64,000 nucleotides of DNA from Pyrinomonadaceae bacterium (GCA_035947355.1 DASZKF010000293.1:2697-66696); one strand, 5' to 3'; counted from the stretch's first letter, positions 19,857-28,638 are shown. Numbers and translations are program-made. The notes: a model not told the origin generated them from the letters alone.

Positions 19857-21368
19857 TCAGCGCGCCGAGCCGGCCGCCGCCGCCTCCGGCGTGCCGCCCG
19901 CGATTAGCTCGGCCACCCGCATGGCCGAGACGATGACCGGGGTGACGCCGCCGCCGGGCTGGGTCCAGTGGCCGACGAAGTGCAGGTTTCCGACCGGCCC
20001 TTCGGGCGCGGGGCGGCCCGCGCCGAGCTGCCCCGGCGACATCTCCCAGCCGAGCATCGCGCCGCGGTGGTTGAGCGTGAAGCGGTGCGAGGTCTGCGCC
20101 GTCGCGCTCAGGCGGACGACCGTCTTCCCCTTGATGCCGGGCGCGACCCTTTCCAGGCGGCGCACGACGTAGGACTCGACCTCGCGCTTGTGCCCGGCCC
20201 AGTCGGTGACGGCCTCGTAGTCCACCTCCGTCAGCTTCTGCACGATGACGACGTGACAGCCGGGCGGCGCCATCTCGGGCTCGTACAACGTCGGCACGAA
20301 AATCTTGAAGGCGCTCTCCGCGACGCGCTCGGCGTCCCAGGAGTCCCAGTGGTAGCCCGCGGCCTCCCGCAAGGCTTCCGTCGGCACGCCGCTCAGGCCC
20401 AGGTGCGTGAGGAAGCAGGGGTGCGTCGGGCGCATCGCGCGCGCGCGCGCCAGAAGCTCCGCGCCGGCGTGCTCCTCGCCCAAAAGGCGTTCGAGCGTCA
20501 GGAGCAGGTCGGCGTTCGAGACGACGACGCCGGCGCGCACGGCCAGGCTCCGGCGCCCGCGCGGGGGGCCGGTCTCGATCTCGACGCCGCAGGCGGCCCC
20601 GCCGCGGACGACGATTCGCCTGGCGAGCGCGCGCAGCAAGACGTGGCCGCCCCGCGCCTCGAAGCTCCGCGCCAGCCCGTCGGCGAAGCTCTGCGAGCCG
20701 CCGCGCGGGTAGTAGTTGCCGAGGAAGTAGGAGAGCCTGAGCATCGAGTCGAAGACGAAGGAGGTGCGCGAGGGCGGCGAGCCCCAGTGCCCGCAGTCGG
20801 CCGCGAGCAGGAGCTTCAGCTTCCGGTCGCGGAAGTGGCGTTCGAGAGCCTCCCTGACGGTCAGCCCGGCGTAACCTCCGAGGTGGGCGGTCTCGCGCCC
20901 CCGGAAGTAGCGCAGCAGCCCGTGCAGGTACGCCTCGCGCACGGCGGCGAAAAACCGGTCGAGCGCGGCCGCCTCACCGGGGAACTCGGCCTTCAGCTTC
21001 GAGAGGTAGGCGTCGAAGTCCGCGGGGACGGAGAAGTCGGAGCCGTCGGGGAAGTGAAACCGATCCACCGGGTCCATCTTCACCCACTCCTGCCCGACGC
21101 CCATCTCGGCGAGGAGCCGGCCCGTGATCGTCGAAGGGTTTCCCAGCAGCGGGTAGAAGTGCGTGGCGGCGTCGAACGTGAACCCGCGCCGCCGGAAGGT
21201 GCTGCAGTAGCCGCCCACGACGTAGTGCTGCTCGACGACGAGCGTGCGCAGGCCCGCCCGCGCCAGGAGGTTCGCGCACACCAGCCCCCCGACGCCCGCG
21301 CCGATGACGACGGCGTCGTACGACTCGCGCGGCGCTTCGCCCCGCAGTCCTCGGAAGGGACTCTTCAT
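19857..21368 (-). CDS. phytoene-desaturase-family (CrtI-like) NAD(P)/FAD-dependent oxidoreductase
   Basis: ATG at 21368. 'YDAVVIGAGVGGLVCANLLARAGLRTLVVEQHYVVGGYCSTF' dinucleotide-binding motif. C-terminal 'LHFVGHWTQPGGGV'. Confidence 0.8.
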   Translation of the reverse strand: MKSPFRGLRGEAPRESYDAVVIGAGVGGLVCANLLARAGLRTLVVEQHYVVGGYCSTFRRRGFTFDAATHFYPLLGNPSTITGRLLAEMGVGQEWVKMDPVDRFHFPDGSDFSVPADFDAYLSKLKAEFPGEAAALDRFFAAVREAYLHGLLRYFRGRETAHLGGYAGLTVREALERHFRDRKLKLLLAADCGHWGSPPSRTSFVFDSMLRLSYFLGNYYPRGGSQSFADGLARSFEARGGHVLLRALARRIVVRGGAACGVEIETGPPRGRRSLAVRAGVVVSNADLLLTLERLLGEEHAGAELLARARAMRPTHPCFLTHLGLSGVPTEALREAAGYHWDSWDAERVAESAFKIFVPTLYEPEMAPPGCHVVIVQKLTEVDYEAVTDWAGHKREVESYVVRRLERVAPGIKGKTVVRLSATAQTSHRFTLNHRGAMLGWEMSPGQLGAGRPAPEGPVGNLHFVGHWTQPGGGVTPVIVSAMRVAELIAGGTPEAAAAGSAR

Positions 21369-21470
21369 AAATGATGAATGATGAATGCGGAATGATGAAT
21401 TAAAGACAGCTTGCATGACGCGGGTCAAGATGTGACACATTCATCATTCATCATTCCGCATTCATCATTT
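21369..21470. repeat. AT-rich imperfect inverted repeat of ATGATGA/ATGAATG heptads flanking a 38-bp spacer
   Basis: Left arm 21369-21400 is AAATGATGAATGATGAATGCGGAATGATGAAT. Right arm 21439-21470 is ATTCATCATTCATCATTCCGCATTCATCATTT. The arms pair over 12 + 13 bp with a 7-nt register slip. The right arm overlaps the last codons and stop of the HMG-CoA reductase gene. Confidence 0.8.
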
Positions 21471-22680
21471 CCTCCGGCCTGTTCCGCCCGTAGGTCTCGT
21501 GCGCGGCGACGAACTCGCCGCTGGCGATGGCCGCGCCCATCGAGAGTTCGCCGGCGAGGAGCGTGGCGGCGACGATCTCGGCGAACTTCGGGGCGTGCCC
21601 CGCGCCCGCGCAGCCGAGCATCCTGAGGCACTCGCGCGCGGTGCCCTGCCCCGTCCCCCCGCCGACGGTCGCCACCGTCAGCGCGGACAGCGTGACGCTC
21701 GCGTAGAGGTCGCCCCCCTCCGTGACCTCGAAGTTCGTGACGCCGACCGAAGAGTTGACGACGTTGGCCGCGTCCTGCCCGCACGCGATGAAAATGGCGG
21801 CGAGCCCGTTCGCGTAGTGGCCGTTGTAGCCGACGGCGTTGGCCTGCAAGTGCCCGAGCACCGTGTGGCGCCACAAGTCCGCGAGTTGCGCGGGGCTGGT
21901 GTGGAGGTACGACTCGACCACCCTCGCCGGCAGGAGCGCGCCGGCCAGGACCTTCTTGCCCTTGCCACCCGCGAGGAGCGCGCCCGAGGCGCGCTTCTCC
22001 GAGCTGTGGCCGCTGAAGAGGAGGTAGCGGGGCGCGCGCCCGCGCTCCACGACCCAGCGGCAGGCGGCCTCGGTCGCGCGCACGATCATGTTCATGCCCT
22101 GCGCGTCGGCCGTGTGGTAGCAGAAGTCCGCGATCACCTCGCGCCCGACCGCGTGCGGCTCGACGCGCAGGAGTCTGCCGTGCCGCGTCGTCGCCTCGGC
22201 GGCGGCGCGCAGCAACTCGAAGTCGGACGGCAGCGAGCGCGCGAACTCGTGCGCCTCCGCCACCCCGTCGAAGAGGAAGACGGGCGAGACGCGGTTCTCG
22301 TCCAGAAGGACGCGCGCCTCCGCGCCGCCCGCCCGCGCCACGGCCGCCATCCCGCGCTCGTACGAGCGGACGAGCGCCCCCTCGGTCGTCGCCAGCGGCA
22401 CGTAGAACGTGCCGCGCGCGTGCTCGCCCCGGACGACGAGCGGCCCGGCGACGCCCAGCGGCACCTGCGCCGCGCCCACGGGGTTCTCGACGTTGCCGCG
22501 CATCTCCTCCGACGGTATCGAGTGGGAGCCGACGTGCGCCAGCCTGCAACCGACCCTCCCCTCGACCCAGGCGCGGCGCCGCTCCACGTCCGCGCGCCCG
22601 TAGCCCTGCCCCTTAAGCCTCGGCACGAGTTCGAGCGGCGCGTCCGGTTCGGCGTTCATGTGGGTAGTCGCGTCTTCCAT
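21451..22680 (-). CDS. HMG-CoA reductase catalytic-domain protein
   Basis: 'ENPVGAAQVPLGVAGPL', 'YVPLATTEGALV', 'DAQGMNMI', 'GQDAANVVNSS' and 'TVATVGGGT' are the conserved HMGR blocks. There is no membrane domain. Confidence 0.85.
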   Translation of the reverse strand: MEDATTHMNAEPDAPLELVPRLKGQGYGRADVERRRAWVEGRVGCRLAHVGSHSIPSEEMRGNVENPVGAAQVPLGVAGPLVVRGEHARGTFYVPLATTEGALVRSYERGMAAVARAGGAEARVLLDENRVSPVFLFDGVAEAHEFARSLPSDFELLRAAAEATTRHGRLLRVEPHAVGREVIADFCYHTADAQGMNMIVRATEAACRWVVERGRAPRYLLFSGHSSEKRASGALLAGGKGKKVLAGALLPARVVESYLHTSPAQLADLWRHTVLGHLQANAVGYNGHYANGLAAIFIACGQDAANVVNSSVGVTNFEVTEGGDLYASVTLSALTVATVGGGTGQGTARECLRMLGCAGAGHAPKFAEIVAATLLAGELSMGAAIASGEFVAAHETYGRNRPEEMMNAE

Positions 22681-22689
22681 CCGTCACCC

Positions 22690-23934
22690 CTACTGTGAGG
22701 CGGGGCGCGCGAGCAGGAGCGCGCAGCAGTGGCCGTCGAAGCCGACCGAGCTGATGACGGCGCGGCGCACCTCGACTCGCCGGCCGGCCGGGCTGACCGA
22801 GGCGAGCGGGAAGCCGTCGTCCCCGCGCTCGAAGTTGCGCACGCCGGGGAGCACGCCGTCGCGCATCGTCCCGAGCATCGCGACCGCCTGCAAGGCGCCC
22901 GACGCGCCGAGCGCCTCGCCGAGCGCGGACTTGACGGCCGTCACGGGCAGTTCCCGCGCGCGGCCGCCGAAGACCGAGGCGACCGCGCGCGCCTCCCGCC
23001 GGTCGCCGCTCACGCCCCCGTTGGCCGAGGCGCTGAGGCAGTCAACCTCTTCGGGTCGCACCGAAGCATCTTCCAGCGCCGAGCCGATGGCGCGCGCGAT
23101 TGCCCCCACGGCACTCTCCTCATTCTCTCCGAGCGAGGCGTCGAACGCGCAGCCGTAACCTTCGACTTCGGCGAGCACACGCGCGCCGCGCCCGCGCGCC
23201 GACTCCGACTCCTCCAGCACCAGCAGCGCCGCGCCCTCGGCCTGCGCGAAGCCGTTGCGCCGCGCGTCGAAGGGGACCGGGTATTCGCCTTCGCCGTCGC
23301 CCCCGGAGCCGCAGAGCACGCGCGCCCGGTCGAAGCCGTAGAAGGACTCGAAGCACAGTTCCTCGGCGCCGCCCGCCACGAGCGACCGCGCGCGGCCCCG
23401 GCGGATGAGGTCGGCGGCGTAGGCGACGGCCTGGAGCCCCGAGGCCGCGCCGGCCGAGACGGTCGAGTTCACGCCGCGCAGGCCGTGGATGATGGCCGCC
23501 TGGCCGGCGGCGGCGTTGATGACCGTGTTGGCGAAGTCCATCGGGCTGGCGTAGGCCGGGCCGGCCTCGACGGCGCGGCGGTCGAACTCGGAGATGGTGT
23601 GGAGGCCGCCGAACATCGTCCCCAGCACGAGGCCGACCTCGCGCGAGCCGCGAAGCTCCGGCGTCCACCCCGCGTCGTCCAGGGCGAGTTGCGCCGCCGA
23701 CGCGGCCAGCCGCCCCGTCCGGTCGAGCGGGCGGAGATTTCTTCGGCCGAGGTACTTCTGCGCGTCGAACCCGGAGACCTCGCCGGCGAGCGTGCAGCGC
23801 GCGCCTCCCGCGCCGAAGAGTTCGAGCGGCTTGACGCCGCCGCGCCCCTCGCAGAGCGCGGCGTGGAGCGCCGCGGGCGAGTCGCCGAGCGGCGAGACCA
23901 GGCCCGCCCCAGTGACGACGACGCGGCGCGTCAC
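22690..23934 (-). CDS. ketosynthase-fold protein lacking the catalytic triad (chain-length-factor-like partner)
   Basis: Thiolase/KS fold aligned by eye to the adjacent KS. The active-site Cys position reads 'VSAGAASG' (Ala), 'HGTGT' is 'ANGGVSG', and 'GH' is 'GEALGASG'. ATGA-type 4-nt overlap with the upstream KS. Confidence 0.8.
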   Translation of the reverse strand: MTRRVVVTGAGLVSPLGDSPAALHAALCEGRGGVKPLELFGAGGARCTLAGEVSGFDAQKYLGRRNLRPLDRTGRLAASAAQLALDDAGWTPELRGSREVGLVLGTMFGGLHTISEFDRRAVEAGPAYASPMDFANTVINAAAGQAAIIHGLRGVNSTVSAGAASGLQAVAYAADLIRRGRARSLVAGGAEELCFESFYGFDRARVLCGSGGDGEGEYPVPFDARRNGFAQAEGAALLVLEESESARGRGARVLAEVEGYGCAFDASLGENEESAVGAIARAIGSALEDASVRPEEVDCLSASANGGVSGDRREARAVASVFGGRARELPVTAVKSALGEALGASGALQAVAMLGTMRDGVLPGVRNFERGDDGFPLASVSPAGRRVEVRRAVISSVGFDGHCCALLLARPASQ

Positions 23935-25157
23935 GCCGTCACCTCGCAGCGGCGCAGGACGAGTGAAGAGTTGTTGCCGCCGAAGGCGTAGGCGTTGTTC
24001 ATCGCCACGTCAACCCTCAGTTCGCGGGCGCGGCCCGGCACGTAGTCGAGGTCGCACTCGGGGTCGGGCTCTTCGAGGTTGACGGTCGGCGGCACGCGCC
24101 CCTCGCGGACGGCGAGCGCACACACGGCGGCCTCGACGGCCGAGGCGGCGCCCATCGTGTGGCCGATCATGGACTTGATGGAGCTCATCGGCACGCGGTA
24201 GGCGTGCTCTTTGAAGAGGCGCTTGACGGCGACGGTCTCCAGCCGGTCGTTAGTCGGCGTGCCCGTGCCGTGCGCGCTGATGTAGTCAACGTCCTCGGGG
24301 CGCAGGCCCGCGTCCGCGAGCGCCGCGGCCATCACGCGCGCGGCGCCGTCGCCCTCGGGGTGGGCCGCCGTCATGTGGTGCGCGTCGCAGGTCAGCCCGT
24401 AGCCCGCGACCTCCGCGTAGGCGCGCGCCCCGCGCCGCGCGGCGCGCCGCAGAGTTTCGAGCACGAGCACGCACGCGCCCTCGCCCGGGATCATCCCGCG
24501 TCGGTTGCGGTCGAAGGGCTGGCACCTCTCGGGCGCGATGGCGCCGAGGCGCGCGAAGCCCGCGTAGGTGATGCGCGAGAACGAGTCGGAGCCGCCGGCC
24601 AGCATCAGGTCGGCGCGGCCCGCGGCGAGCGCGTCCGCCGCGTATGCGATGGCGTAGTTACCGGCGGCGCACGCGGCGGGCGTCATCAGGTTGACGCCCG
24701 AGAGCCCCAGTGCCCCGGCCACGTTCGCGGGGATGCGGTGGCACGGGTAGCGCGCCGCGAACTCTGCCCCCAGCCGCCCCTCTTCGCCGGCCAGGCGCAG
24801 GTCGTCGAAGCGCTCGACCTCGCGCGGCTCGCCGGAAGTGGTTCCCATCGAGACGCCGGCCCTGCCCGGCTCGAGGTCTCCGGGCGCCACTCCGGCGTCC
24901 GCGAGCGCCATCCGCGCGGCGGCGACGGCGAACTGGGAGGCGCGCCCCATTGAAGAGGCGTCCGTGTCCGGCAGGTAGTCTCCGGGGCGGAAGTCTTTCA
25001 CCTCGGCCCCGAAGCGGACTCCGTAGCGGGCCGCATCGAAGGACTCGACGGGCGTGACGCCGGAGCGGCCGGCGAGCAGGTTGTCCCAGACGCGCTCGCG
25101 CCCCGCGCCGACGGGCGTGACCAGGCCGATGCCTGTGATGACTACTCGGGGGCGCAT
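23931..25157 (-). CDS. beta-ketoacyl-ACP synthase (FabF/KS-alpha-like), catalytically intact
   Basis: 'TPAACAAGNYAI' (Cys), 'ISAHGTGTP' (His) and 'SIKSMIGHTMGAAS' (His). Confidence 0.9.
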   Translation of the reverse strand: MRPRVVITGIGLVTPVGAGRERVWDNLLAGRSGVTPVESFDAARYGVRFGAEVKDFRPGDYLPDTDASSMGRASQFAVAAARMALADAGVAPGDLEPGRAGVSMGTTSGEPREVERFDDLRLAGEEGRLGAEFAARYPCHRIPANVAGALGLSGVNLMTPAACAAGNYAIAYAADALAAGRADLMLAGGSDSFSRITYAGFARLGAIAPERCQPFDRNRRGMIPGEGACVLVLETLRRAARRGARAYAEVAGYGLTCDAHHMTAAHPEGDGAARVMAAALADAGLRPEDVDYISAHGTGTPTNDRLETVAVKRLFKEHAYRVPMSSIKSMIGHTMGAASAVEAAVCALAVREGRVPPTVNLEEPDPECDLDYVPGRARELRVDVAMNNAYAFGGNNSSLVLRRCEVTA

Positions 25158-25408
25158 GCCTCTGGGGTCTTAGCGTAACGCCGGATGAGGCCGACCGTGT
25201 CGCCTATCGTGCGGACGGCGGTAAGCTCTTCGTCGGGGATGTCAAGCCGGAACTGGTATTCGAGGCTGACCGCGATTTCGAGGATCGTCAGCGAGTCGAG
25301 CTGCAAATCCTCCCGGTAGTCGGCGTCGTCCGGGATGTCGCCGGCGTCGAGGCCGGCGGTCGAGGAGATGGCGCTTTTGACTTTCGCCCTGATCTCGTCG
25401 GCCGTCAT
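25142..25408 (-). CDS. acyl carrier protein
   Basis: ATG at 25408 with GGAG upstream. 'DLQLDSLTILEIAVSLE' carries the DSL phosphopantetheine-attachment motif. The 3' end overlaps the KS start by 16 nt. Confidence 0.85.
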   Translation of the reverse strand: MTADEIRAKVKSAISSTAGLDAGDIPDDADYREDLQLDSLTILEIAVSLEYQFRLDIPDEELTAVRTIGDTVGLIRRYAKTPEACAPE

Positions 25409-25651
25409 AGGCAAATTGCTCCGGCGCGCGAAGACGTCGAGGCCCGGCGGGCGCGCGCGGGGAGATAAGCGCCGAGGTTCGTGCGGTCTGGTTCGGCAGG
25501 TGATGCCGACGGCGTAGCCGTTACCGCGGGCACCGCCGCCCGCATTTCTGAGAGGAGAGTGTGTGTGGGCTCAGGCTCCCGTGTCGGGGGGGCGCGCGGC
25601 GGGCGGCGGCCCGCGCGTTGCGGGCGCGCCCGCGGGGCCTCGCGCGCGTGA

Positions 25652-26185
25652 CTACTTCTTGATCAGCTTCGCGTGGGAGGTGACGGCGCGCCAGGTGCCG
25701 TCCCTCTGCCGGACGAACCTGTCCGTCCACTCGTACTCGCCGCTGTAGTCGGTGCCCATGAAGACGGCGTTCGTCAGCGTGCTCTTGCCGGTCACCACCG
25801 CGGTGTTCCCGGTAATCTTCACGTCCATGTCCTCGACAGTCCAGGCGGCGACCTTCAGGGCGCCTGACCTCAGGGCTTCGCGCAGCATCCGCTTGTCAAA
25901 GTCCTTCCCCGCGGCCGAGCCCTGGAAGTTATCGGCCTGGATTCTGTCGAGCTTCGCGAGGTCGGCGTGCACGGCGGCGTCGGCCCACTCGCGCACCAGG
26001 TTCTTCAGCGCCTCTTCTTCGCGCTCATTGTCCGGTTTGTTCTGACCGTTTATTTTGCCGCGCACCGCCCCGGCGCGGGCGACGCGCCGTTTATTCGTCC
26101 CGGTCTGCCCGCGGCAGATGACCGCGGCGCCAAGAATAGGGAGGAGTAGCGCCGCCGCCAGGGCGGCGGGGGTAAGTCTTTTCAT
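25652..26185 (-). CDS. secreted NTF2-fold (SnoaL/DUF4440-like) protein
   Basis: ATG at 26185 after GGAGGG. Signal peptide MKRLTPAALAAALLLPILGAA. C-terminal 'EYEWTDRFVRQRDGTWRAVTSHAK' is typical of DUF4440/SnoaL-like cones. Confidence 0.6.
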   Translation of the reverse strand: MKRLTPAALAAALLLPILGAAVICRGQTGTNKRRVARAGAVRGKINGQNKPDNEREEEALKNLVREWADAAVHADLAKLDRIQADNFQGSAAGKDFDKRMLREALRSGALKVAAWTVEDMDVKITGNTAVVTGKSTLTNAVFMGTDYSGEYEWTDRFVRQRDGTWRAVTSHAKLIKK

Positions 26186-26481
26186 CTGAATCCCTCCACT
26201 CAAAGTTCCGGCAGGAGCGGCAGATTATTCATTCAACTCCCGAAGGAAGTCAATAGTTACACCCGAACGGTCTGGCAGATGGAACAACCACGGCCCCCGC
26301 GCCGGCCTCGACACTTGGGTCAAAGTCGCCGGACAGGTTCCCGAGGCTCATGCGCGTCTTCTCTCCCATCGTCAGTAGCATCGCTCCCTTCTGCCACAAG
26401 GCAGGTAGGAGCTACTGACGGAATCGCGGTGGAGTTAACGCTGACACAGTCGCGGTGGATAGACAACGGCACTAAAAAAAC

Positions 26482-26510
26482 TTGACAGCGTTAGGTTTTA
26501 TAAATAGAGT
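26482..26510 (+). promoter_or_regulatory. candidate sigma-70 promoter (TTGACA-N17-TAGAGT) with upstream A-tract
   Basis: TTGACA at 26482-26487, a 17-nt spacer, and TAGAGT at 26505-26510. Preceded by ACTAAAAAAA. It points towards the sigma-54 activator gene about 540 nt downstream. Confidence 0.3.
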
Positions 26511-27053
26511 AAGCGCCGCTCATCGTTCCCTGGTCGCGTCACCTTGCTGCATTTACTCGCTCTGCCGTAGCCCCAGTCGTTGCTCACTCGCGACCTTTCG
26601 GACTCGCCTTCTTGAAAACTTGATGCGGCCCTAGCCTTAAGCAAGAGGCGCATCCCAGCAATCAGTATCCCGACCGCAGGTGCTTACCGCGGCGCTTCCC
26701 CAGCCGCACACCGCGCATCCCTCGCCTAGCCCTCCATGCCCCCTGCCCGGCCGAGAGCCGTCCCGCGATTCTTTCGTCCGCGGGAGACGAAGGCGCCGTG
26801 GACGCCGCACCTCTCGCTGCCGGCCGTGAAGTTTTCCTCGCAGTCTCTCGGCCATTCGGTCATTAACGAACCAGCGGGGACGTGCCGAATTAACGTGCCC
26901 TTTTAAGTTGGCTCGACACGCCAGACAAGTCAGCCCCGTGTCGCCGATAAGCGTCACCTCGGAAGTCAGGGGGCTCTCACGACCACCGCAGAAACATGAG
27001 GCGAGAAAGGAGGCGGTCTGCACCTCCGTCCCCGAAGGCCGGAGGCACCGCGC

Positions 27054-28469
27054 GTGAGTCCAATGAGGCCGTTGGAACTTTTGCTGCTCGACTTTAACAC
27101 CGCGGGCGAACTCGGAGATCGGTTGAACGCAATCCTTGAGACCTCCCTGGATCAGAACTTTCACCTCCGGCGGGAGACCTTCGACGGCCCCCAGGGCGCG
27201 GGCGGGGCCGGCCTCCCGGCGGCGGTCTCACTCTCCCGCCCCGACCTCATCTTCCTCGTCCTGCCGCCCGCGCCGCTCGCGGGGCAGGGCTCGCTCATCT
27301 CGTCGGTCGTGAAGGCGGCGCCCGACGCGCCGCTGGTTACCGTCATGGAGGCGGGCGAGCCGGACGAGATGTTCAACCTCCTCGAACTCGGGGCCGCCGA
27401 TTTCGTGACGCCCCCGCTGAAGGCCGGCGACATCGTGCCGCGCGTCTGGCGGGTCTTGAACTACTCGCGCCGGGAGGGGGCGCCGGTGCACGCGCTCAAG
27501 GAGCGGCTGGGGGTCCAGCAACTCATCGGCCGCGACGAGGCGTTCCTCAACGAGGTGAAGAAGATTCCCCTGATCGCGAAGTGCGACGCGAGCATCCTGA
27601 TCTCGGGGGAGACCGGCACGGGCAAGGAGGTCTGCGCGAGGGCCATCCACTACCTGAGCCCGCGGGCCAACAAGCCGTTCGTCCCCGTCAACTGCGGCGC
27701 GATCCCGCTGGAGCTGGTCGAGAACGAGTTGTTCGGGCACGAGAAGGGGGCCTTCACCGGCGCCTCCACCTCCGAACTCGGGTTGATCACGGAGGCCGAG
27801 GGCGGCACGCTCTTCCTCGACGAGGTCGATTGCCTGCCCCTGCTCGCGCAGGTCAAGCTCCTGCGCTTCCTCCAGGAGAAGGAGTACCGGCCGCTCGGCT
27901 CCAGGAAGACGTATAAGGCGAACGTGCGGATCATGGCGGCGACGAACACCAACCTCGAGGAGGCGGTCGGGAAGGGGCGGCTGCGCCAAGACCTCTACTA
28001 CCGCCTGAGCATCTTCCCGCTGACGCTGCCGCCGCTGCGCGAGCGGGCCGGCGACATCATGCTCCTGGCGAACCACTACCTGCTGAAGTACGCGGCCGAG
28101 TTCGGCAAGGAGGCGGCGTACTTCTCCCCGGCCGCCGTGCAGGAGCTGATGCTCTACGACTGGCCGGGCAACGTGCGGGAGTTGGAGCATGTGATCGAGC
28201 GCGCCGTCATCACCTGCGAAGGCGACGTGATCGAGAACGTCGAGATCGGCCTGCGCGCGCGAAAGCCCCCCGGGCAGTGCGAGCCCTTGCAGATGATGAA
28301 GACGAGGGTGGTCGAGCAGTTCGAGAGGGACTACATCCAGAAGCTCCTGCTCATCTGCCAGGGCAACATCACGAAGGCGGCGCAGGTCGCCCGCAAAAAC
28401 CGGCGCGCGTTCTGGGAGCTAATCCGCAAGTACCGCATCGACGTCCGGCCCTTCAAGCCCAACACCTGA
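27054..28469 (+). CDS. sigma-54-dependent transcriptional activator (bEBP) with degenerate receiver domain
   Basis: GTG at 27054, 8 nt after GGAGG. AAA+ Walker A 'GETGTGKE', sigma-54 contact loop 'EKGAFTGA', and C-terminal Fis-type HTH 'GNITKAAQVARKNRRAFWELIRK'. In the N-terminal receiver-like fold, the phospho-acceptor position reads 'PDLIFLVLPP' (Val, not Asp). Confidence 0.9.
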   Translation: MSPMRPLELLLLDFNTAGELGDRLNAILETSLDQNFHLRRETFDGPQGAGGAGLPAAVSLSRPDLIFLVLPPAPLAGQGSLISSVVKAAPDAPLVTVMEAGEPDEMFNLLELGAADFVTPPLKAGDIVPRVWRVLNYSRREGAPVHALKERLGVQQLIGRDEAFLNEVKKIPLIAKCDASILISGETGTGKEVCARAIHYLSPRANKPFVPVNCGAIPLELVENELFGHEKGAFTGASTSELGLITEAEGGTLFLDEVDCLPLLAQVKLLRFLQEKEYRPLGSRKTYKANVRIMAATNTNLEEAVGKGRLRQDLYYRLSIFPLTLPPLRERAGDIMLLANHYLLKYAAEFGKEAAYFSPAAVQELMLYDWPGNVRELEHVIERAVITCEGDVIENVEIGLRARKPPGQCEPLQMMKTRVVEQFERDYIQKLLLICQGNITKAAQVARKNRRAFWELIRKYRIDVRPFKPNT

Positions 28470-28597
28470 GCCGCCAGACCTCCGCGCGAACCCCTCGCCC
28501 TTCCCGCCGACGCCCGCCGCGCCGCGCCCGCATCTCAGCGACGGCACGCGGGCGCTCGTCGCCCCCGCCTCCGACCCGGACATTAACCCGCGGGCGT

Positions 28598-28638
28598 AGG
28601 GCAAATTTGTCCTGCCGCTATCCCCCTCAGGCTGAGGG
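28598..28638. promoter_or_regulatory. two palindromes upstream of the sigma-54 promoter (candidate activator binding sites)
   Basis: AGGGCAAATTTGTCCT at 28598-28613 (one mismatch) and CCCTCAG-G-CTGAGGG at 28624-28638 (perfect 7-bp arms). They lie about 90-125 bp upstream of the -24/-12 element. Confidence 0.3.

Noticed and set aside
26637-27164. 175-aa minus-strand ORF in the gap upstream of the sigma-54 activator.
   Set aside because: It overlaps the activator start, is Cys/Arg/Gly-rich with no RBS or family resemblance, and lies in a region better explained as leader or intergenic DNA.
27054-28469. The AAA+ protein upstream of the locus as the missing Afp15-like CIS assembly ATPase.
   Set aside because: It carries the GAFTGA sigma-54 contact loop and a C-terminal Fis HTH, so it is a transcriptional activator and not a CIS assembly ATPase.
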